From: Mobula hypostoma
Lineage: Eukaryota
Reading direction: 5' to 3'
Length of the DNA stretch: 64,000 nt
NCBI RefSeq assembly: GCF_963921235.1
Contig: NC_086097.1
Coordinates: 246,762,001-246,826,000, forward strand
A model generated the notes under the pieces. The model made no database searches and was not told the origin of the DNA. It saw only the letters and a program-made list of their open reading frames with translations. Positions 10,716-23,369 of this stretch are shown piece by piece (within the stretch, counting starts at the first letter, position 1; the number at the start of each line of letters is the position of its first letter). The position numbers were made by a program, and so were the translations under genes.

Positions 10716-12277
10716 ACGTGAGGGACTGTTAAGGTCTCAGAAAGATGGGGTGATTGGGGAATGGAAGAGATAACCCCGGTTGTGACATCCACTTTACCAT
10801 GGGACCGAGAGAGTGGAACAGCCCCAGTACAATGGCTTTTTCACTTTACTGTTACTGTCGGATATGACGGACCACCACCACAGCAATACGGTGATTGGAT
10901 AAGACATTCATTATAATGTCATCCTTTTAAATTCGTCATAAATATTTTTTGTTATTAATGCTTCCTTTGATTCTATTCTTCAGAATAGCTCTGGTAATGA
11001 AATCTTTAAGGAGAGTTTGAAATTAACAATGCATATATTCTTGTGCACACTGACATTCAACTCAGCTCTGAAGAGCTTCTCTAAAGCACTGAAATGTCAA
11101 CTGTTTATTCCACCCCATAGATGCTACCTGACCTGCAACATTTTGTGTATGTTGCTGAAGATACAAAGCATCCGCAGAATCTCTTGTGTCTATGAGTTGT
11201 ACTCAAGGAATGCTTAAAAGCTGAGAGGTACAGGGACATTGAGTTTGCAGGGTGATGGAAGTCCGAAAAGTCACAATTGAGCACAACGATGAAGATATTT
11301 GAAGACAAGGTTAAGAACTTCAAACAAGAGGTCCTGGTGAATCAGGAGTCAATACACATCAGCAAGCACAAGGGCAATGGGTGATCAAGTTTGGCTTTTC
11401 AATTAACTACGCATGTCAAGCAGTATCGGTAGACTTGGATTCTCCATGTCTTGCAAGATGTTGCCTGCTGGAAAAATAACTTAGGTTAGAAGCACATTTC
11501 AAAATTTGAAGTATAATTTTGAACTGTCTTTCATTATGATTACAAATATTTTGATGAGACTAATGAATTCTCTGCTGCCGCCAAAATCTTGTCACTAGGA
11601 TAGTGAGTTGTTTACTATTTACCACTTACTTGTGCTGCACACTTTCAATTATATTTCATTAACATATCTGTGGTAACGTTTTGTTTTATGTACTGTGTGT
11701 GATAGATGTTTTGTTGCTGCACCGTAGTCCAAAGGAATGTTGTTTTGGTTGGTTGAATATTTGTAGATAGATGACAATAAACTTGAACTTGATGTTGGAG
11801 TTGATAAAATGAGAAGTTGGTTTCCTTATAACTAATTCAGGTAGAGTTAAAATGAAGTTGTTACTGTATAAAGCAATTTTTGCATACAGTATATTTTATA
11901 CAGTAGCTGTAATCTAGAAAATCTATCAGTTTGAAATAAAATATTTTAAAATGTAGCATGGAAAATATAATCCAGTCATTTGCTGTTTTGGCACAAATAC
12001 TTATTTTTGCAGACATGCAGAAACGTGTATGTTGCCAACTTTAATGTTCTAGTATTTGGTACATACCTCATTATGTTCCTTTTCCTGCCAAGTGCTCACT
12101 TCAATATCCTGCATTTATCGCTTAATCAACATAATTAAAACACAACAAATGATCTTTATCATTTATGGGCCTGTGCATTTCCTACATTACAAAGGTGATT
12201 ATACTTCAAAAGCAGTTCATTGGCACAAAAGTGTTTTGGAACTCCTGGGAATGTTAGTCCAACATTATAATATAATA

Positions 12278-12626
12278 TGATGAGAGGCATTGATTATGTG
12301 GATAGTCAGAGGCTTGTTCCCAGGGCTGAAATGGCTAACACGAGAGGGCACAGTTTTAAGGTGCTTGGAAGCAGGTACCGAGAAGATGTCAGGGGTAAGT
12401 TTTTTCCGCAGAGTGGTGAGTGCGTGGAATGGGCTGCCAGCAACAGTGGTGGAAGCGGATACGATAGGGTCTTTTAAGAGACTCCTGGGTAGGTACATGG
12501 AGCTTAGAAAAATAGAGGGCTATGGATAACCCTAGGTAATTTCTAAGGTAGGGACATGTTTGGCACAGCTTTGTGGGCCGAAGGCCTGTATTGTGCTGTA
12601 TTGTGTAGGTTTTCTATGTTTCTATG
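12278..12626 (+). mobile_element. CR1 3' end (young subfamily)
   Basis: TRGHSFKV motif and (TTCTATGT)n tail. Closely resembles the copies at 4824, 46232 and 53145. Confidence 0.9.
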
Positions 12627-14337
12627 AGTCTGCTCCACCATTCAATCATGGTTGAACCTTTTTTTGCCTCTCCTCAGCCCCACTTCTAGCCATCTCCCCT
12701 TTACCTTTGATGGTGTGGTCAATCAAGAACCTATCAATCACTGCCTTAAATACACCCAAAGACCTGGCCTCCACAGCTGCCTTTGATAACAAAGTCCACA
12801 AATTCACTACCCTCTAGCTAAAGAAGTTTTCCTACATCTCTGTTTTAAATGGATGCCCCCCTATCCTGAGGCTGTGACCTCTTCTAGACTCCCCAACATG
12901 GGAAACATCCCTTCCACATATACTCTGTCTAGGCCTTACAACATTCGAAAGATTTCAATGAGATCCCCCCTCATCCTTCTAAATTCCAGTGACTACAGAC
13001 CCAGAGCCATCAAATGTTCCTCATATGATAACCCTTTCATTCTCAGAATCATCCTTGTGAACCTCGTCTGAACCCTCTCCAATACCAGCACACCTGTTCT
13101 TACAAATGTAGATAAGGAGCCCAAAACTGTTCAGAATCCTTAAAGTGAACCTCATCTGTTCTTACAAATGTAGATAAGGAGCCCAAAACTGTTCAGAATC
13201 CTTAAAGTGAAGCCTCAGCATCACATCCCTGTTCTATGTATCTTAGACCTCTTGAAATGAATGCTAACCTTGCATTTGCCTTCCTCCCCACCAACTCAAA
13301 GACTCCCAAGTCTCCCTACATCTCAGATTTTTGGATTTTCTCACTGCTTAGAAAATAGTCTGCACAGTTACTTCTTCTACCAAAGTGCATGACCATGCAT
13401 TTTCCAACATCATATTTCATTTGCCACTTTCTTGCCCATTCTCCTAATCTGTCTAAGTCCTTCTGCAGCCCACCTGTTTCCTCAGCCATCTATTCCATCA
13501 TCTAAATCATTGATTTACAGCATAAAAAGAAGCGGTCCCAACACCGACCCCTACAGAACTCCACTAGTCACTGGCAGCCAACCAGAAAAGGATCCTTTTA
13601 TTCCCATTGACTGCCTTCTACCAATCAGCCAATGCTCTAACCATGCCAGTAACTTTCCTGTAATACCATGGGCCCCTAACTTGGTAAGTAGCTTCATGTG
13701 TGGCATCTTGTCAAAGGCCTTCTTGATAATCCAGATGTACAACATCCACAGCATCCCCTTTATCTATCCTACTTGTAACCTCCAGAAAGAATTCCAACAG
13801 ATTTGTCAGGCAGGATTTTCCCTGAAGGAAACCATGCTGACTTTGTCCTATCTTGTTCTGTGTCACCAAATGCTCCATCACCTCATCCTTAACAATTGAC
13901 TAACATCTTCCCATCCATTGAGGTCAGGCTAACTGGTCTATAATTTCCTTTCTGTTGCCTTCCTCCTTTTCTTAAAGAGTGGAGTAACGTTTGCAATTTT
14001 CCAGTCCTCTGGTGAATTTGAAAGTTCATTACTAATGCCTCCACAATCTCTACTGCTACCTCTTTCAGAACCCTAGGGTACAGTTCATCTGGCCCGGGTG
14101 ACACATGCACCTTTAGGTCTTTCAGTTTTTTGAGCACCTTCCCCTTGTAAAAATAACTGCTCTCACTTCTCTTCACTCACACCTTTCAACATCTGGCATA
14201 CTGCTAGTGCCTTCCACAGTGAATACTGATGCAAAAATACTTATTTTGTTCATCTGCCATCTCCTTGTCCCCATTATTAATTCTCCGGCCTCATTTTCTA
14301 GCGATCCTATATCCACTCTCAACTCTTTTTTTATATA

Positions 14338-15175
14338 CAAGTATCCCCCGATATCTGAAAGTGGAGCGTTCCTGTGAAACCTTTCGTAAGCCGAAATGGT
14401 GTAAAGCGAAGAAGCAATTACCATTCATTTATATGGGAAAAATTTTTGAGCATTCCCAGACCCAAAAAATAACCTACCGAATCATACCAAATAACACATA
14501 AAACCTAAAATAACACTAACATATAGTAAAAGCAGGAATGATATGATAAATACACAGCCTATCCTTCAATGCCTTGTGTCCCTTAGCCTGCTTTTCTTCT
14601 ATCGAAATAAATGACTTGTTCGGCAATTTTTTCCAATAAATTGCCGTTTCTTCACAGTTAAACACTTGCTTGTATGAATAACCACCTTCTGTAATTATTT
14701 TCTTCAGTTCTTCTGGGAACTTTTCAGCAGCTTCAGTATCAGCGGAAGCACTCTCTCCGGTAAACGTTAAACTATGAAGCCGCCCTCGCCTCAGAAACCG
14801 ATCAAACTACTCATGACTACCTTCAAATTTCACTTTCACAACACTTAGGTTTTTCTGATACCTTAGGACACATCTTGCTAACAGATGCACAAAATAAATC
14901 AAGATAAAGCACAGATGCTCACAGACACAGTTCAAAGCTATGGCGGCTTGGTGCTGAGTGTAGTTCCCAGGGAAGGCGCTTGGTGGCGCCACTCTCGCTA
15001 CTCTGGGTGCTCACCGCAAAACAAATGCTGAATGCTATTTTCACTTTTCAACTTTTATCGTAAAAGCGAAAATCCTCTTCAGATTTCTTCCGGTTAGCGA
15101 AAACAGGTACCAATGTAGGTCTTTCATAAAAGCGAAGTGGCGTAAAGCGAACTTTCGAAAAGCGGGGGATACCTG
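14338..15175 (-). mobile_element. Tigger/pogo DNA transposon, internally deleted
   Basis: TIRs CA(A/G)GTATCCCCCG..GAAAGT with TA on both sides (14336-37, 15176-77). Minus-strand transposase remnant GESASADTEAAEKFPEELKKIITEGGYSYKQVFNCEETAIYWKK. Confidence 0.9.
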
Positions 15176-15257
15176 TACTTGCAAGAGGTTTTTCTATCCA
15201 CCTTGATATTGTTTGCTAGTTTGCTTTAATATGTCATCTTTTCCCTCCTTGTGATTC

Positions 15258-15578
15258 TTTTTCTTTCTTTCTCCCATGGCCTTCTGTCCTCTTCTGTCAG
15301 ACTCCCCTTCTCCAGCCCTGTGACTCTTTCACCAGTCAACTTCCCAACTCTTTACTTCATCCCTCCCCCTCCCGGTTTCACCTATCACCTGGTGTTTCTC
15401 TTTCCCCTCTCCCCAGCTTTTAAATCTACTCCTCAGTTTTTTTTCTCCAGTCCTGCCGAAGGGTCTCGGCCTGAAACGTCAACTGTACACTTTTCCATAG
15501 ATGCTGCCTGGCCTGCTGAGTTCTTCCAGCACTTTGTGTGTGTTGCTTGGATTTACGGCATCTAGAGATTTTCTCTTG
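15258..15578 (+). mobile_element. PLE terminal (pLTR) fragment with A6C hammerhead at 15448-15485
   Basis: CAGTC CTGCCGA AGGGTCTCGGCCT GAAACGTC AACTG followed by GATGCTGCCTGGCCTGCTGAG. Same subfamily as 4290-4823. Confidence 0.8.
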
Positions 15579-16510
15579 TTAATGATTCTTGTAGTTACTT
15601 TCTGTAGGTTTTTAAAAGCTTCCCAATCCTCTATCTTCCCGCTAACTTTTGGTTTGTTGTATGCCCTCTCTTTTGCTTTTACATTAACTTTGACTTCCTT
15701 TGTCAGCCATGGTTGTACTATTTTGCCGTTCGAGTTTTTCTTTTGTTTTTGGAATGATTTATGCTGCACCTTCCTCATTTTCCCCAGAAACTCAAGCCAT
15801 TGATGCTCTACTGTCATCCCTGCCAGCATCTCTTTCCAATTTACTTTGGCCAACTCCTCTCTTACCACTGTAATTTCCTTTACTCCAGTGAAATACTGCT
15901 ATGTCAGACTTTACTTTCTCCCTATCAAATTTCAAGTTGAACACTGCCTCCTAGGGGTTCTTTTACCTTAAGCTCCCATATCACCTCCGGTTCATTACGT
16001 AACTCCCAATCCACTATAGCTGATCCCCAAGTCAGCTCAACGACAAACTGCTCTAAAAAGCTATCTCGTAGGCATTCAATAAATTCACTCTCTTGGGATC
16101 TATTTCTAACCCAATTTTCTCAATCTACCTGCATGTCAACATCGCCCATGACTATCGTAACATTGCCCTTTTGACACGCCTTTTCTATTTCCCATTGTAA
16201 TCTGCAGTCCGCATCCCAGCTACTGTTGGGAGGCCTGTATATAACTGCCATCAGGGTCCCTTCACCCTTGCTGTGTCTTAACCAAACCCACAAGGAGTCA
16301 ACATCTTCCAGTCTTATGTCGCATCTTTCTACTGATTTGATGCCATTCTTTACAAGGAGAGCCACACCACCTCCTCTGCCTACCTTCACTCCTATCCCTC
16401 CGATGCAACATGTAACCTTGGACATTCAGCTCCCAACTACAAACACCCTTCAGCCACGATTCAGTGATGGCCACAACATCATACCCGGCAATCTGTAAAA
16501 GGGCAACAAG

Positions 16511-17697
16511 ATCAGAATCAGAATCAGGTTTATTATCAAGGCATGTGACATGAAATGTGTTAACTTAGCAGCAGCAGTTCAATGCAATACATAATATTAA
16601 AAATAAATAAATAAATTACAGTATACATATATTGAATAGATCAAAAACTGCACAAAACAGGAATAATATATATTAAAAAAGTGAGGTAGTGTCCAAGGGT
16701 TCAATGTCCATTTAGGAATCGGATGGCAGAGGGGAAGAAGCTGTTCCTGAATCACTGAGTGTGTGCCTTCAGGCTTCTGTACCTCCTCCCTGATGGTAAC
16801 AGTGAGAAAAGGGCATGCCCTGGGTGCTGGAGGTCCTTAATAATGGATGCTGCCTTTCTGAGACACTGCTCCTTGAAGATGTCCTGGGTACTTTGTAGGC
16901 TAGTGCCCAAGATGGAGCTGACTAGATTTACAACCTTCTGCAGCTTCTTTCGGTCCTGTGCAGTAGCCCCTTCCCCCCGCCCATACCAGATAGTGATGCA
17001 GCCTGTCAGAATGCTCTCCACAGTACATCTATAGAAGTTTTTCAGTGTATTTGTTGAGATACCAAATCTCTTCAAACTCTTGATAAAGTATAGCCACTGT
17101 CTTGCCTTCTTTATAACTGCATCGATATGTTGGGACCAGGTTAGATCCTCAGAGATCTTGATACCCAGGAATTTGAAGCTGCTCACCTTCTCCACTTCTG
17201 TTCCCTCGATGAGGATTGGTATGTGTTCCTTCATCTTACCCTCCCCAAAGTCCACAATCAGCTCTTTTGTCTTACTGATGTTGAGTGCCAGGTTGTTGCT
17301 GCGACACCATTCCACTAGTTGGCATATCTCACTCCTGTACGCCCTCTCATCACCACCTGAGATTCTACCAACAATGGTTGTATCGTCAGCAAATTTATAG
17401 ATGGTATTTGAGCTATGCCTAGCCACACAGTCATGTGTACAGAGAGTAGAGCAGTGGGCTAAGCCCAAAACCCCAAGGTGGGCCAGTGTTGATCGTCAGC
17501 GAGGATGTCTTATCACCAATCCGTATTGACTGTGGTCTTCTGGTTAGGAAGTCGAGGATCCAATTGCAGAGGGAGGTACAGAGGCCCAGGTTCTGCAACT
17601 TCTCAATCAGGATTGTGGGAACGATGGTATTAAATGCTGAGCTATAGTCGATGAACAGCATCGTGACATAGGTGTTTGTGTTGTCCAGATGGTCCAG
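16511..17697 (-). mobile_element. Rex1/Babar LINE, RT and 3' end
   Basis: [36 protein letters not shown] and LLPSGRRYRSL (ORFs 17431..17715, 16752..17468). (GAATCA)n tail. Confidence 0.93.
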
Positions 17698-17737
17698 GTG
17701 TACAACATCATCCACCTTATTTCTTATACTCTATGCA

Positions 17738-18258
17738 TTGAGATATAACATTTAGATATAACATTGAGATATAACTTTGAGATATAACATTTAGATATAA
17801 CTTTGAGATACAACATTGAGATATAACATTGAAATATAACATTTAGATATAACATTTATATATAACACTGAGATATAACATTGAGATAAAACATTGAGAT
17901 ATAACATTGAGATATAACATTGAGATATAACATTGAGATAAAACATTGAGATGTAACATTGAGATGTAACATTGAGATGTAACATTGAGATATAACTTTG
18001 AGATATAACTTTCAGATATAACTTTGAGATATAACTTTGAGGTACAACATTGAGCTACAACATTGAGATACAACATTGAGATACAACATTGAGATACAAC
18101 ATTGAGATACAACATTGAGATACAACATTGAGATATAACATTTAGATATAACTGAGATATAACTTTGAGATATAACTTTGAGATACAACATTGAGATACA
18201 ACATTGAGATACAACACTGAGATATAACATTGAAATATAACATCGAGATATAACATTT
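17738..18258. repeat. 13-bp minisatellite (CATTGAGATATAA)n, about 40 copies
   Basis: Contiguous tandem units without spacers. The unit matches the CR1 ORF2 start (VLYLN on the minus strand). Confidence 0.95.
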
Positions 18259-19984
18259 TGAATACTGTATTTGCTGCCCTTTTTGATTCTGCATCCCTAG
18301 TGCACTGAGACTCGCCCTGCTGGCTGCAATTATGTCCTATCATCTGCCTGCCCTTTCTGACAGTTTGGCTGCATGCTATTTTTGTTGTTTTACCATCCGT
18401 CCAATCCTGAGTCCCTTCACTCTGCTTCTCATTCCCCTGCCAAATTAGTTTAAACCCTCCCCAGCAGCTCTAACAAATCTGCCCATGGGTTATTGCTCCC
18501 CCTTAGGTTCTTGCTCCCCCTCGGGTTCAGGTGCAAACCTGTCACTTTTACGTAGGTCCTACCTCACTCAGAAGAGAACCCAATGATCCAAGAAACCTGA
18601 AGCCCCGCCCTCTGCACCAGCTTCTCAGACACGCATTTATCTGCCAAATCATCCTGTTTCTACCCTCACTGGCACATGGCGCAGGCAGCAATCCAGAAAT
18701 TACTACCCTGGAAGTACTGCTTCTCAGCTTTCTACCTAGCTCTCCAAATTCTCTTTTCTGGACCTCTTTGCTTTTCCTTCCTGTGTCATTGGTATAATCT
18801 GGCTGTTCTCCCTCCCTCTCCAAAATGCTATGGATGTGATCCAAGACGTCCCTGACCCTGGTACCTGGGAAGCAACATATCATCCAGGTGAGCTGTTCAT
18901 GTCCACAGAATCTCCTGTCTGTTCCTCTGACTATTGAGTCCCCTATCACTACCACTCCCCTCCTCTCCCTCTTTCCCTTCTGCACCAAGGACCCATGCTG
19001 AGTGCCAGTAACCTGGTCTCCATGGCATTCACCTGGGAGCTCATCCCCCACAAGAGTATCCAAAATGGTATACTTATTATTGAGCGGAATGGCCACGGGG
19101 GTGCTCTGTGCTAACTGCCTCTTCACGTTCCCATTCCTTCTCCTCACAGTCACTGTTAGAGTCAATTGTTAATGATGTTCAGAATATTTGGAGGCACGTG
19201 ATAGTCAGCATGGTTTCTTAAGGGCAAGTTTCGCCTGACCAAATCTGTTGGAATTCTTTGAAGAAATAACAGGCAGGAGAGTCAGTGGATGTTGTGAACT
19301 TGGATTTTTCAGAAGGTCTTTGACAAGGTGCCGCACGTGGGGGCTGCTTAACAAGTAAACAGCTGTTAAAACAACTGACAAGCATAATGGCAAAAATAAA
19401 ATGTTTTGACTCCATGGTGTCGGTGTTCAGTGGGCCAGTGACTTACTAACAATGAGCTAAATTCCATTCTGTGTTTATTGCTTTAATTTGCAACTGTGTT
19501 GTAACTTGAAACACTAACAATGTAAATACAGTTGAACCTCTTAAATGTTTTGAAGTAAAGGTTGTGGTACATTTATTATTTAGAAAATTTATGGCTTACA
19601 TTCATTAACACATAATAACAAGGTGTTTTACAATTATATAAAAATAGCTTTCAAAATTATATTAACACAATTCCAAACTTATGCTAACATTATGTTAAAG
19701 GAAATTCCAGCTGCAAGGCAACAAAGGCTATGTGCACAGGAGCATTTTGGTTACTGTGCGGTCACGCACCCATGCAGCTTAGAGGGAGTAGTGGAAAAGA
19801 GAGGGTGAGGGAAATGTACAGAATGCACATCTGCTGACTTGTGAAGCGTGATTGTGTGTGGGAAAGTGGGACATTGGTGTGGGCAAGGATTTAGAGTTGA
19901 AGGGCATGACCGGGGAGAGGGAGCTATATGTATGGGGTTGGGGGGAGGGAAGACTGTAAATCCAGTCAGGGCACTGTATTCGTT

Positions 19985-20380
19985 AGGCCAGTGATGTTGT
20001 GGGGATGGAACTGGACTCTCTGACGGTGGTGTCTGAAAAGAGGATGCTGTCCAAGTTGCATGCCATCTTGGACAATGTCTCCCATCCACTACATAATGTA
20101 CTGGTTGGGCACAGGAGTACATTCAGCCAGAGGCTCATTCCACCGAGATGCAACACAGAGCATCATAGGAAGTCATTCCTGCCTGTGGTCATCAAACTTT
20201 ACAACTCCTCCCTTGGAGGGTCAGACACCCTGAGCCAATAGGCTGGTCCTGGACTTATTTCCTGGCATAATTTACATATTACTATTTAACTATTTATGGT
20301 TTTATTACTATTTATTTATGGTGCAACTGTGATGAAAACCAATTTCCCCCGGGATCAATCAAGTTTGACTATGACTATGT
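19985..20380 (+). mobile_element. Rex1-clade 3' fragment
   Basis: ILDNVSHPLH..RKSFLP..IKLYN motif and (GACTAT)n tail. Near-identical copy at 27637-28130 (-). Confidence 0.85.
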
Positions 20381-21359
20381 ATCTACACTGGCTCTGTGAG
20401 CAATCTAACAGTTTTACACTGCACCGTGCTCTCACCTGACCCATTACCCCAAGCACAATTATTTAACTGTCTTTCCCCAAACCATTGAAATATCTGTCAG
20501 CAGAGCATTGAAGTTCTAATCAACATCTCCATGAATACATTTCCCCCAGACTTTCTCTCGACAAGATTTTATGTTGTGGAGGGTAACAGGCAATCAACAA
20601 CGGTATTCCTCATTGGATCCAGACTTGGATCTCAATTCATCATTACGTTTAACAATGTTGTACTCGATTCATGGCACACTTGGGATTTGTCTGTTGAACA
20701 GTAGGCAGTACAAGCTTTTCACTGTACGATAGTAAACCAATACCAAGACCAAATATTAGTGTTAACAGATTTTGGATGTTACTTATATTAGTCCTCATTC
20801 AGATTTCTAAATTTCTTTGTTAAATATGTTACACAGTGAAGGACGATATGTGGTCCAATGAACTTGGTCAGGTGAATGGGGCACAGGAAGCTCTGGCCCT
20901 CTGGGTGGGACGAGGGTGCAGGAGGCAGATCGGATTCAGTGGGAAGAGAGCGGGAGAAACTGGGACCCTGGGACCCAGAGACCCAGGAAGGACATCCTCC
21001 TGCGAGGATGCATTTCCAAATGGTCGGATAATCCTTATCCCACTGTTCAGAAGTCCCGATAAGACTGCTGGCTCCTGGCTCACTGGGTCAGGTGTCAGTT
21101 GTATTTCCCATTCACTGGCAGCCCAGTTCCTGCGATCCCCACCCACTGACAACAGCCTCAGGTTTAGGTATTCTTTCACCAGCATCTGTCATGAAATTTG
21201 TACAGGGTAATATATAAATATATGATAAATTATAACAAATGTAGATATAAAAAAGATCAGTAAGTAGTGAGGTAGTGTTCATGGGTTTGTTGTCCATTCT
21301 GAACTCTGATGGCCTGAATCATTGAGTGTGTGATTTAATTCTAGCATTCCCTGTCTTAT

Positions 21360-22822
21360 CTCTGGGCTCCGAATCCCACCTCACAGTCCACATGTTGGGA
21401 TCCTGGGTCCTTTTCTCCCAATCCACACATTGGCATCCCATATCCTACTCTCTCGATCCACACGTTAGATCAGATTATGAGAACACTCAGTCCTCGTTTA
21501 TTGTCATTTAGAAATGCATACATGCATTAAGAAATGATACAATGTTTCTCTGGAGTGATATCACAGAAAACAGGACAAACCAACGACTAACACTGACAGA
21601 ACCACATAATTATAACAATTATAATATAGTTACAAGCAGTGCAAAACAATACCATAATTTGATAAAGAACAGACCATGGGCACAGTAAAAAAAAGTCTCA
21701 AGTCCCAATCGACTCCCGAGTCCCCGATAGCAGGCGGCAAAAGGGAGAAACTCCCTGCCATAAACCTCCAGGCACTGACAGCTGCTGATGCCTTGGAAGC
21801 AACCCACCACAGCCGACACTGAGTCCGTCCGTCCGAAAACTTCGAGTCTCTGACCAGCCCCTCCGATACAGCCTCCCGAGCACCGTCCTCTGCCAAGCGC
21901 CCTCGACCTCGCCCCGGCCGCTGAAACAAGCAAAGCCGAGGATTTCGGGGGCTTCTGCTCCGGAGATTCCGGTTACCACACAGTAGCAGCGGCAACGAAG
22001 CAGGCATTTCAGAAGTTTTCCAGATGTTCCTCCGTACTCTCACGGCTTTCTCCATCAAATCAGGATTGTGCACGGTCCCCTACTTGACAGATAACAGATA
22101 TCATTCCCCAGAGAGGCCGCGCGCGCTGCGTATCACTGCCATCTTCTCCTCCTCCTCAATTAGGACCCATATCCCACTCTTTTGTCCACACACTGGGGTC
22201 CCAGACCTCACTCTCCAGTCCACACACTGGGGTTCTAGATTTCATTCTCCTGTCCACACATTGGGGTTCCGGACCCGACTCCTGGCCACTGACTGGGCTT
22301 CTGGACCCCACTCTCCCAGTCCCACACACTGGGGTTCCAGACCCCAGTCTTCTGTCCACCTACTGGGATCCAGGACCCGACTCTCCTGTCCACACACTGG
22401 GGTTCTAGATCTCACTCTCCTGCCCACACACTGGGGCCCAGGACCCCACTCTCCAGTCCACATGCTGGGGTTCTAGATTTCACTCTCCTGTCCACACACT
22501 GGGGTTCTCGATCTCACTCTCCTGCCCACACACTGGGGTTCTAGATCTCACTCTCCTTCCCACACACTGGGGTTCTAGATCTCACTCTCCTGTCCACACA
22601 CTGGGGTTCTCGATCTCACTCTCCTGCCCACACACTGGGGTTCTAGATCTCACTCTCCTGCCCACACACTGGGGTTCTCGATCTCACTCTCCTGCCCACA
22701 CACTGGGGTTCTAGATCTCACTCTCCTTCCCACACACTGGGGTTCTAGATCTCACTCTCCTTCCCACACGCTGGGGTTCTAGATCTCACTCTCCTGTCCA
22801 CACACTGGGGTTCCGGATCCCA
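21360..22822. repeat. 34-bp minisatellite, split by an insertion
   Basis: Unit CCACACACTGGGGTTCTAGATCTCACTCTCCTGY. Homogeneous at ~22390-22820; degenerate copies at ~22160-22390 and ~21360-21467. Confidence 0.9.
21468..22157 (-). mobile_element. Short non-autonomous LINE derivative (GC-rich 5' UTR joined to a Rex1-like 3' tail)
   Basis: Minus strand begins GAGGAGGAGGAGAAGATGGCAG (YY1-like) and is CpG-rich. It ends ...TGACAATAAACGAGGACTGAGTGTTCTCATAATCTGATCT. No RT. Splits the 34-bp array. Confidence 0.6.
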
Positions 22823-23066
22823 GGTTCCCTGTCTGCCTTTCAGATCTCTCGTTTCCTGTTCTTGCCTGGTTCCATCGATTACACTGCCTTGGAATTTTAC
22901 CATTTCTGTTTCTCCATGTCCACTGGAAACTTGTGATATTATGTAACTTTTTTGGAATGTAGTGAATTAAATGTGCGTTGAAAAATAACATTCGCTAGTC
23001 TGGGAATCCTGCTTCGCCGACCGCGCCAAGATTTCCACCGTTAATTTATCGCGAATATTGAGGTTC

Positions 23067-23083
23067 TGCTGCCATCTAGTGCT
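23067..23083 (-). promoter_or_regulatory. Candidate CTCF site in a small non-repeat CpG patch
   Basis: Minus strand AGCACTAGATGGCAGCA is close to the CTCF consensus. Motif match only. Confidence 0.35.
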
Positions 23084-23369
23084 TGGTCTTGCACATTACA
23101 ATCTAATGCCATGAATGTTGTGTTACGCAGTTTTTGGTAACCTCCCCTGCTTTTTCTTTTCTCCCTTCTCTTTTCCCCTCCCTCCCACAAATCCTCTCGT
23201 TTTCTTAATTTTGTCCCCCATGCCACTCTCACCCTAGCCGCCCTTGACCCATCTCTATCCCCTTCCCCTTTCCTCCATCCATCAAATCTTCAAAGACTAC
23301 AGATGAAGAGCATTCTGACAGGTTGCATTACTGTCTAGTTAGTATAGAGGTTCCAATGCCCAGGATCTC

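Larger units (their letters stand above)
12627..19160 (-). mobile_element. Near full-length decayed CR1 LINE (ORF1 SGNH esterase, APE endonuclease, RT) hosting nested Tigger, PLE, Rex1 and a minisatellite
   Basis: ORF1 VVIGDSIVRGTDRRFCG/VVISGLLP (18548..19165); endonuclease GGGVALLVK/IYRPPN (16120..16425); RT KAFDKMPH (13551..13754); 3' UTR near 12630. Confidence 0.9.

Noticed and set aside
13094..13211. Tandem duplication with a ~62-bp period
   Set aside because: A local duplication inside a dead CR1 with no sign of function.
17791..18343. Cys/Tyr-rich repetitive ORFs (CYISMLYLNV)
   Set aside because: Translation of the 13-bp minisatellite.
22160..22822. 34-bp repeats resembling a CRISPR array
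   Set aside because: The units are contiguous, there are no unique spacers or cas genes, and the context is a vertebrate genome. It is a minisatellite.
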